Source: Antedon mediterranea (taxonomy: Eukaryota > Animalia > Echinodermata). From it: 64,000 bases of DNA. The stretch's first letter is position 1; every line of letters starts with the position of its first letter. The notes under the pieces were generated by a model that made no database searches, was not told the origin of the DNA, and saw nothing but the letters and a program-made list of their open reading frames with translations. The position numbers and the translations under genes were made by a program. Positions 51,927-60,225 of the stretch are shown here, piece by piece. The stretch lies in contig NC_092672.1 of the NCBI RefSeq assembly GCF_964355755.1, positions 11,842,001 through 11,906,000 of the forward strand, read 5' to 3'.

Positions 51927-53390
51927 ATGCTAGGTATTGGAACAACTGTTGGTACTTGGGTATTTTTTTACATGTTTATGTTGCAGAGAACTTATTCCTT
52001 CTCAGGATTCATAAAAGAGCCATTAGATGAGAATCAAGCCGAAGGTGATTTAACATATTTTACTTGTATTGTACGAGAACTTGATGAAACTCAATATATT
52101 TCTTGGTTACATAATGGACGCAAGATAAGTCAAAATGGCGAAATTATTATAAATACATACGCACATTATTCAATTGATTATAATTCAGTATTTGGTACAT
52201 GCACCTTAAGAATTCAAAACGTACAGCGGAGAGATAAAGGAGGATATACATGTACCGTTTATGATAGCAACGATCAAATTGTTGAGAAATCAAGGACAGC
52301 TAATTTTACAGTTTCAGAAATTCCTCAACAACAATATCCGATTTGTTCTTCAACTAAAAGGAGTTATCGCGTTGGCCAACACGTTGTTCTTAACTGTATT
52401 TCGGAAAAGACCACACCCCCAGCCTTGTTAAGATGGGTACATAATATTGGAGGTAGTGAATCAGGATTAAAAGAATCGTTAACTGGTAATTACGAAAACT
52501 CTTATTCATTTATTGCAAAACAATCTGACAATAGAGCAATATTTACATGTGAATTAACAACACCAGCAAATCCGTCATTATATAGTAATTGTACAATTGG
52601 TCCTCTTGATGTTTTATATGCTCCTACTGTTCGAATTGAACAAACACGTGACGTCATTCTTGGTAATGAAGCCATCTTTATTTGTTATAGTGATGCAAAT
52701 CCACAGGAATCTTCGTTTAAATGGAGCTTTGTTCCACCTCTTACTGAAAACATGTTTGTGTTGGAAAATGACATAATTTTGAGAATTAAAAATACAGTAA
52801 GTAGTTTAAATGGGACAAGTGTCATATGTGCAGTTACTAATTCGATTGGAAGTGGATCTAGTAAATTGATAATAAACGTAAAATCGAAAGAATCTACTAA
52901 TAATGTAGTTGAAACAAACAATGGAAAAGAAACGAAAAAGTTTGAAAAACCAAATGAAAGAAACAAAAATAAATCGAAAAATCAAAACTCTAACAGCAAT
53001 CAACCACTATTGCAGACTCGAACGCCAAACAACAACAACAGCAGTAATGATATTTCAATTTCTCTTGTTGTGATAATTGCATTGGTGTGTATCATAGTAA
53101 TTCTAGGATTGGCTATGATACCTGTTGGTTACATGAGATATACTCGTAGACAACCCAGTGACACCATCAGTAGAGGAAGACCTGTGTCAATACCTGATGT
53201 ATACTTTGAACCTAGAGATCACATAGATCCTATGCTACCACAGTTAGGCTTAGCAGCGCCATGGATGAGGACAGTAGGAGTTCAAGTTCCTGGTGAATGT
53301 GAATATGATGCCACATATAATACACAAGTTATGCCACAGGCACGACATGTATACTATACACAACGGATGTACCCGGCGTCTTCGTTGTAA
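51927..53390 (+). CDS. Array copy 13 (subfamily C)
   Basis: 487 aa intact ORF; N-terminus nearly identical to copy 12, stalk like copy 10. Confidence 0.93.
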   Translation: MLGIGTTVGTWVFFYMFMLQRTYSFSGFIKEPLDENQAEGDLTYFTCIVRELDETQYISWLHNGRKISQNGEIIINTYAHYSIDYNSVFGTCTLRIQNVQRRDKGGYTCTVYDSNDQIVEKSRTANFTVSEIPQQQYPICSSTKRSYRVGQHVVLNCISEKTTPPALLRWVHNIGGSESGLKESLTGNYENSYSFIAKQSDNRAIFTCELTTPANPSLYSNCTIGPLDVLYAPTVRIEQTRDVILGNEAIFICYSDANPQESSFKWSFVPPLTENMFVLENDIILRIKNTVSSLNGTSVICAVTNSIGSGSSKLIINVKSKESTNNVVETNNGKETKKFEKPNERNKNKSKNQNSNSNQPLLQTRTPNNNNSSNDISISLVVIIALVCIIVILGLAMIPVGYMRYTRRQPSDTISRGRPVSIPDVYFEPRDHIDPMLPQLGLAAPWMRTVGVQVPGECEYDATYNTQVMPQARHVYYTQRMYPASSL

Positions 53391-53602
53391 TGATTGCTGT
53401 TTCAGAACAACTAACACAACTTTTTAAATGATTTGCCATGTTGCAATACCATTGTAAATAGATCATAAATATTCATGTTATAATTATACATACAGAATAT
53501 GTAATGTATATCGCGACCAATACACACTATGCTGGTATATCTGACTTGTTTTCTGAAGTATGTTGTAACATTTGGATAATAATTATACTTCGAAATGACA
53601 TC

Positions 53603-55072
53603 ATGTACACCTTAGGTATTGGAAACACTTTTGGCACTTGGATATTTTTATATATGTTGATGTTGCAGAGAACTTATTCCTTCTCAGGATTCATAAAAGA
53701 GCCACTAGATGAGAATAAAGCTGAGGGTGATTTGACATATTTTACTTGTATTGTACGAGAAATTGATGAAACTCAATATGTTTCTTGGTTACACAATGGA
53801 CGCAAGATAAGTAAAAATGGCGAAATTATCATCAATACATACGCACATTATTCAATTGATTATGATTCAACATTTTTTGTTAAATGTAACTTACAAATTC
53901 AAAATATAAAACGAAGCGATAAAGGGGAATATGTATGTACAGTTTACGATAGCAACGATCGGATTGTGGACAAATCAAGGACAGCTAATTTTACAGTTTT
54001 AGAAATTCCTCAACAACAATATCCGATTTGTTCTTCGACTAAAACGAGTTATCATGTTGGCCAGAATGTTGTTCTTAACTGTATTTCGGAAAACACCAAT
54101 CCTCTACCTATTCTTACATGGACACAAAATATTGTTGGAGGCATTGAATTAGGATTAAAAGAATCGTTAACTGGTAATTATGAAAAGTCTTATTCATTTA
54201 TTGCAAAACAATCTGACAACAGAGCAATATTTACATGTGAATTAACAACATCAGCAAATCCGTCTATAGAAAGGAATTGTACAATTGGTCCTCTTGATGT
54301 TTTATATCCCCCTATTGTTCGTATCCAACAAACACGTGATGTCATTATTGGTAATGAAGCCATCTTTATTTGTTATAGTGATGCAAATCCTCAAGAAACT
54401 ACGTTTGAATGGAACTTTGATCCACCTATTAGTGAAAATATGTTTGTGTTGGAAAATGATATAATTTTGAGAATTAAAAATACTGTAAGTAGTTTAAATG
54501 GGACAAGTGTCATATGTAAAGTTACTAATTCCATTGGAAGTGGATCTAGTAAATTGATAGTGAACGTAAAATCTAAAGAATCTATTAATAATGTAGTTGA
54601 AACGAACAATGGAAAAGAAACGAACAAGCCTGAAAAACCAAATCAAGGAAACAAAAATAAATCGAACAATCAAAATTCTAACAGCAATCAACAACTATTG
54701 AAGACTAGATCGCCAAACAACAGCAGTACAGATATTTCAATTTCGTTGGTTGTGATAATTGCATTAGTGTGTATCATAGTAATTCTAGGATTGGCTATGA
54801 TACCTGTTGGTTACATGAAATATACACGTAGACAACCCAGTGACACCATCAGTAGAGGAAGACCTGTGTCAATACCTGATGTATACTTTGAACCTAGAGA
54901 TCACATAGATCCTATGCTACCACAGTTAGGCTTAGCAGCTCCATGGATGAGGACAGTAGGAGTTCAAGTTCCTGGTGAATGTGAATATGATGTCACATAT
55001 AATACACAAGTTATGCCACAGTTACGACAGGTATACTATACACAACGGATGTACCCAGCTTCTTCGTTGTAA
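53603..55072 (+). CDS. Array copy 14 (subfamily C)
   Basis: The ORF track starts at an upstream ATG 53504. The homologous start (MYTLGIG, gacatcATG) is 53603. Confidence 0.88.
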   Translation: MYTLGIGNTFGTWIFLYMLMLQRTYSFSGFIKEPLDENKAEGDLTYFTCIVREIDETQYVSWLHNGRKISKNGEIIINTYAHYSIDYDSTFFVKCNLQIQNIKRSDKGEYVCTVYDSNDRIVDKSRTANFTVLEIPQQQYPICSSTKTSYHVGQNVVLNCISENTNPLPILTWTQNIVGGIELGLKESLTGNYEKSYSFIAKQSDNRAIFTCELTTSANPSIERNCTIGPLDVLYPPIVRIQQTRDVIIGNEAIFICYSDANPQETTFEWNFDPPISENMFVLENDIILRIKNTVSSLNGTSVICKVTNSIGSGSSKLIVNVKSKESINNVVETNNGKETNKPEKPNQGNKNKSNNQNSNSNQQLLKTRSPNNSSTDISISLVVIIALVCIIVILGLAMIPVGYMKYTRRQPSDTISRGRPVSIPDVYFEPRDHIDPMLPQLGLAAPWMRTVGVQVPGECEYDVTYNTQVMPQLRQVYYTQRMYPASSL

Positions 55073-55260
55073 TGATTGCTATCTCAGAACTGATAACACA
55101 ACATTTAAACTGATTTGCCATACCTTTTTAATATCATTAATATTCATATTTTGTTTGTGCATATGCAATACTGATTGCAAACTATACACTTTCTATTGCA
55201 GACTTTTGTTTAACCAATATGTTGTAAGGTTTCCATAATATACTTTTAAACAATGACATT

Positions 55261-56715
55261 ATGTACGTTTTAGGAATTGGAAAGTCTTTTGGAATATGGG
55301 TAGTTTTGTATTTATTGATGTTTCAGAGAACACATTCTTTATCTGGATTCAATACAGAGCCTGGGGATGAAAATCAGGCAGAAGGTGATTTAACCTATTT
55401 TACTTGTATTGTACGAGGACTCGATGACACTCACTATGTTTCTTGGTTGCATAATGGACGCAAGATTAGTAAAAATTATGACATTATATCAGATATCAAT
55501 AGATATTCAATCGAGTTTGATTCAAATTCTAGAAAATACAACTTTGAAATTGAGAATACTCAAAGGCAAGATAAAGGAGAATACGTATGCGCTGTTTATG
55601 ATAGCAGTGACAGAATTGTGGTCAAATCTAGAACAGCTAATTTAACAGTTTCAGAAATTCCACAAGAACCTTACCCTATTTGTCATAACGCTAAGCTAAG
55701 CTATTCCGCTGGACAAAGTGTGCTTCTTTCATGTATATCTGAAAAGACATCTCCTCTTGCTCATTTAAAATGGAAACAAAATAATTTGGATGTTACGACA
55801 GGATTAAGTGAAGACACATCTAGTGGTAATTATAAAGTATCGTATTCATTTACTGCAAGAAAATCCCATAATAGAGCAATATTTATATGTGAATTAACAA
55901 CATCCGTTAACCCAACTATTAGAAGGAATTGTTCTATTGGACCTATCAACGTTTTATATGCCCCTGTTGTTCGAATTGAGCAAACAAGTGACGTCATACT
56001 TGGTACTGAAGCCATCTTCATTTGTTATAGTGATGCAAATCCACAAGAAACTACATATCAATGGAGTTTTGATCCACCTATAGACGAAACTATGTATTAT
56101 TTAGAAAATGAATTTATTTTGAGAATTAAAAAAACAGTAAATAGTTTAAATGGCATACAAGTTATCTGCAAAGTAACGAATTCTATTGGAAGTGAGTCAG
56201 ACAAATTAATAATCAAAATAAAGACGAGAGGAGACATAACAAATAATGAAGATGAAGAATATGACAAAACGGTTGATGAAAATAAAGATATATCTGATAA
56301 CAATAAGGTAAATAAAAATCAACAATTGTTGCAAACAAGATCACCAACTATAAATAACAGTCATAGTAATTCAGATATTTCAATATCTCAAGTTGTCATC
56401 ATTGCAGTGGTATGTATTATATTAATTCTAGGTTTGGCAATGATACCTGTTGGTTACATTAAATATACACGACGACAACCCAGTGACACCATCAGTAGAG
56501 GAAGACCTGTGTCAATACCTGATGTATACTTTGAACCTAGAGATCACATAGATCCTATGCTACCGCAGTTAGGCTTAGCAGCTCCATGGATGAGGACAGT
56601 AGGAGTTCAAGTTCCTGGTGAATGTGAATATGATGCCACATATAATACACAAGTGATGCCACAATCACGACAGGTGTACTATACACAACGGATGTACCCG
56701 GCATCTTCGTTGTAA
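55261..56715 (+). CDS. Array copy 15 (subfamily D, MYVLGIG type)
   Basis: 484 aa intact ORF; acidic stalk; SQVV at the TM start. Confidence 0.93.
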   Translation: MYVLGIGKSFGIWVVLYLLMFQRTHSLSGFNTEPGDENQAEGDLTYFTCIVRGLDDTHYVSWLHNGRKISKNYDIISDINRYSIEFDSNSRKYNFEIENTQRQDKGEYVCAVYDSSDRIVVKSRTANLTVSEIPQEPYPICHNAKLSYSAGQSVLLSCISEKTSPLAHLKWKQNNLDVTTGLSEDTSSGNYKVSYSFTARKSHNRAIFICELTTSVNPTIRRNCSIGPINVLYAPVVRIEQTSDVILGTEAIFICYSDANPQETTYQWSFDPPIDETMYYLENEFILRIKKTVNSLNGIQVICKVTNSIGSESDKLIIKIKTRGDITNNEDEEYDKTVDENKDISDNNKVNKNQQLLQTRSPTINNSHSNSDISISQVVIIAVVCIILILGLAMIPVGYIKYTRRQPSDTISRGRPVSIPDVYFEPRDHIDPMLPQLGLAAPWMRTVGVQVPGECEYDATYNTQVMPQSRQVYYTQRMYPASSL

Positions 56716-56903
56716 TGATTGCTGTTTTAGAACTGATAACACAACATTTAAACTGATTTGCCATACATTTTTAATATAATTAATATTCATATTTTGTTTG
56801 TGCATATACAATACTGATTGCAAAATATACACTTCCTATTGCAGACTTTTGTTTAACCAATATTTTGTAAGGTTTCCGTAACATACTTTTAAACAATGAC
56901 ATT

Positions 56904-58358
56904 ATGTACGTTTTGGGAATTGGAAAGTCTTTTGGAACATGGATAGTCTTGTATTTATTGATGTTTCAGGAAACACATACTTTATCTGGATTTAATACAG
57001 AGCCCGGGGATGTAAATCAAGCAGAAGGTGATTTGACCTATTTCAACTGTATCGTGCGAGGACTTGATGACACTCACTATGTTTCTTGGTTGCATAATGG
57101 ACGCAAGATTAGTAAAAATTATGACATTATATCAGATAACAATCGATATGCAATCGAGTTTGATTCTAATTCTAGAAAATACAACTTTGAAATTGAGAAT
57201 ACTCAAAGAAAAGATAAAGGAGAATACGTATGCGCTGTTTATGATAGCAGTGACAACATTGTGGTCAAATCTAGAACAGCTAATTTAACAGTTTTAGAAA
57301 TTCCTCAAGAAAATTATCCTATTTGTCATAACGCTAAGCAAAGCTATTCCGCTGGACAAAGTGTGCTTCTTTCATGTATATCTGAAAAGACATCTCCTCT
57401 TGCTCATTTAAAATGGAAACACAATAGTATTGATGTTACGACAGGATTAAGTGAAGACACATCTAGTGGTAATTACAAAGTATCGTATTCATTTATTGCA
57501 AGACAATCCAATAATAGAGCAGTATTTATATGTGAATTAACAACATCCGTTAACCCAACTATAAGAAGGAATTGTTCTATTGGACCTATCAATGTTTTAT
57601 ATGCTCCTGTTGTTCGTATTGAACAAACGAGTGACGTCATACTTGGTAATGAAGCCATCTTTATTTGCTATAGTGATGCAAATCCACAAGAAGCTACGTA
57701 TCAATGGAGTTTTGATCCACCTATAGACGAAACTATGTATTATTTAGAAAATGAATTTATTATGAGAATTAAAAAAACAACAAATAGTTTAAATGGTATA
57801 CAAGTTATCTGCAAAGTAACGAATTCTATTGGAAGTGAGTCAAACAAATTAATAATCAAAGTAAAGACGAGAGGAGTCATAGCAGACAATGAAGATGTAG
57901 ATTATGACAAAGCAATCGATGAAAATAAAGATATATCTGATAGCAAAAAGGTAAATAAAAATCAACAAATGTTGCAAACAAAATCACCAACTATAAACAA
58001 CAGTAATACGGATTCAGATATTTCAATATCTCTAGTTGTCATAATTGCATTAGTATGTATTATAGTAATTCTAGGGTTGGCATTGATACCTGTTGGTTAC
58101 ATGAGATATACACGGAGACAACCTAATGACACCATAAGTAGAGGAAGACCTGTGTCAATACCTGATGTATACTTTGAACCTAGAGATCACATAGATCCTA
58201 TGTTACCACAGTTAGGCTTAGCAGCTCCATGGATGAGGACAGTAGGAGTTCAAGTTCCTGGTGAATGTGAATATGATGCCACATATAATACACAAGTTAT
58301 GCCACAGCCACGACATGTATACTATACACAACGGATGTACCCAGCTTCATCGTTGTAA
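56904..58358 (+). CDS. Array copy 16 (subfamily D)
   Basis: 484 aa intact ORF. Confidence 0.93.
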   Translation: MYVLGIGKSFGTWIVLYLLMFQETHTLSGFNTEPGDVNQAEGDLTYFNCIVRGLDDTHYVSWLHNGRKISKNYDIISDNNRYAIEFDSNSRKYNFEIENTQRKDKGEYVCAVYDSSDNIVVKSRTANLTVLEIPQENYPICHNAKQSYSAGQSVLLSCISEKTSPLAHLKWKHNSIDVTTGLSEDTSSGNYKVSYSFIARQSNNRAVFICELTTSVNPTIRRNCSIGPINVLYAPVVRIEQTSDVILGNEAIFICYSDANPQEATYQWSFDPPIDETMYYLENEFIMRIKKTTNSLNGIQVICKVTNSIGSESNKLIIKVKTRGVIADNEDVDYDKAIDENKDISDSKKVNKNQQMLQTKSPTINNSNTDSDISISLVVIIALVCIIVILGLALIPVGYMRYTRRQPNDTISRGRPVSIPDVYFEPRDHIDPMLPQLGLAAPWMRTVGVQVPGECEYDATYNTQVMPQPRHVYYTQRMYPASSL

Positions 58359-58564
58359 TGATTGCTGTTGTAGAACTAATAACACAACATTTAAACTGAT
58401 TTGCCATACCTTTTTAATACAATCATTAATATTCATATTATGTTTATGCATATGCAAAACTTATCAGGTATACTGTATTGCGAACTATACACTGTATGTT
58501 GCTCGACTTCTGTTTTACGAATATGGCGTAAGGTTTCCATAATTCACTTTTAAACAATGACATT

Positions 58565-60022
58565 ATGTACGTTTTAGGCATTGGAAAGTCTTTTGGAACA
58601 TGGGTAGTTTTGTATTTTCTGATGTTTCAAAGAACATATTCTTTATCTGGATTCATTAAAGAGCCTGCGGATGAAAATCAAGCAGAAGGTGATTTAACCT
58701 ATTTTACTTGCATTGTACGTGGACTCGATGAAACTCAATATGTTTCTTGGTTGCATAATGGACGCAAGATTAGTAACAACTATGACATTTTATCAGATAC
58801 TAATCGATATTCAATCGATATTGATTCAAATTCTAGAAAATATAACTTTGAAATTGAGAATACACAAAGGCAAGATAAAGGAGAATACGTATGCGCTGTT
58901 TATGATAGCAGGGACAGCATTGTGGTCAAATCTAGAACAGCTAATTTAACAGTTTTAGAAATTCCTCAAGAACCTTACCCTCTTTGTCATAACGCTAAGC
59001 TAAGCTATTCCGCTGGACAAAGTGTGCTTCTTTCATGTATATCTGAAAAGACATCTCCTCTTGCCCATTTAAAATGGAAACAAAATGATATTGATGTTAC
59101 CACAGGATTAAGTGAAGACACATCTAGTGGTAATTACAAAGTATCGTATTCATTTATTGCAAGACAATCTAATAATAGAGCAGTATTTATATGTGAATTA
59201 ACAACATCCGTAAACCCAACTATAAGAAGGAATTGTTCTATTGGACCTATCAATGTTTTATATGTTCCTGTTGTTCGTATTGAACAAACGAGTGACGTCA
59301 TACTTGGTACTGAAGCCATCTTCATTTGCTATAGTGATGCAAATCCACAAGAAGCTACGTATCAATGGAGTTTTGATCCACCTATAGACGAAACTATGTA
59401 TTATTTAGAAAATGAGTTTATTTTGAGAATTAAAAGAACAGTAAATAGTTTAAATGGTATACATGTTATCTGCAAAGTAACGAATTCTATTGGAAGTGAG
59501 TCGAACAAATTAATAATCAAAGTAAAAACGAGAGGAGACATAGCAGACAATGAAGATGTAGATTATGACAAAACGGTTGATGAAAATAAAGATATATCTG
59601 ATAACAAAAAGGTAAACAAAAATCAACAATTGCTGCAAACACGATCACCAACTATAAATAACAGTCATAATAATTCAGATATTTCAATATCTCAAGTTGT
59701 CATCATTGCAGTGGTATGTATTATAGTAATTCTAGGATTGGCATTGATACCTGTTGGTTACATTAAATACACACGACGACAACCCAGTGACACCATCAGT
59801 AGAGGAAGACCTGTGTCAATACCTGATGTATACTTTGAACCTAGAGATCATATAGATCCTATGTTACCACAGATAGGCTTAGCAGCTCCATGGATGAGGA
59901 CAGTAGGAGTTCAAGTTCCTGGTGAATGTGAATATGATGCCACATATAATACACAAGTTATGCCACAGCCACGACAGGTATACTATACACAACGGATGTA
60001 CCCAGCTTCTTCGTTGCAATGA
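58565..60022 (+). CDS. Array copy 17 (subfamily D; C-terminus SSLQ)
   Basis: 485 aa intact ORF; TAA-to-CAA change followed by TGA. Confidence 0.93.
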   Translation: MYVLGIGKSFGTWVVLYFLMFQRTYSLSGFIKEPADENQAEGDLTYFTCIVRGLDETQYVSWLHNGRKISNNYDILSDTNRYSIDIDSNSRKYNFEIENTQRQDKGEYVCAVYDSRDSIVVKSRTANLTVLEIPQEPYPLCHNAKLSYSAGQSVLLSCISEKTSPLAHLKWKQNDIDVTTGLSEDTSSGNYKVSYSFIARQSNNRAVFICELTTSVNPTIRRNCSIGPINVLYVPVVRIEQTSDVILGTEAIFICYSDANPQEATYQWSFDPPIDETMYYLENEFILRIKRTVNSLNGIHVICKVTNSIGSESNKLIIKVKTRGDIADNEDVDYDKTVDENKDISDNKKVNKNQQLLQTRSPTINNSHNNSDISISQVVIIAVVCIIVILGLALIPVGYIKYTRRQPSDTISRGRPVSIPDVYFEPRDHIDPMLPQIGLAAPWMRTVGVQVPGECEYDATYNTQVMPQPRQVYYTQRMYPASSLQ

Positions 60023-60225
60023 TTGCTGTTTCAGAACTAATAACACAACATTTAAACTGATTTGCCATACCTTCTTAATACAATCATTAATATTCATAGT
60101 ATGTTTATGCATATGCAAAACTTATCAGGTATACTGTATTGCGAACTATACACTGTATGTTGCTCGACTTCTGTTTTACGAATATGGCGTAAGGTTTCCA
60201 TAATATACTTTTAAACAATGACATT

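Noticed and set aside
53504-53602. 33-aa N-terminal extension of copy 14, and TTG starts given for copies 7 and 11
   Set aside because: They correspond to spacer sequence in sister copies. The homologous ATG gives a normal signal peptide.
33111-58360. TAATG stop-start overlap at many ORF ends, resembling viral termination-reinitiation
   Set aside because: In the spacers checked, the ATG opens only a short ORF that does not reach the next gene. There is no TGGGA TURBS core in the tail, and the overlap is absent in copies 5, 6 and 10. It is better read as a tandem TAA-TGA stop, which also excludes a read-through polyprotein.
54975-60203. Alternative-frame ORFs (MNVNMM..VRFP*) running from the tail through the spacer to about 20 nt before the next ATG
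   Set aside because: Present in only 3 spacers and broken by a TGA in the sister copy 15; explained by recent duplication.
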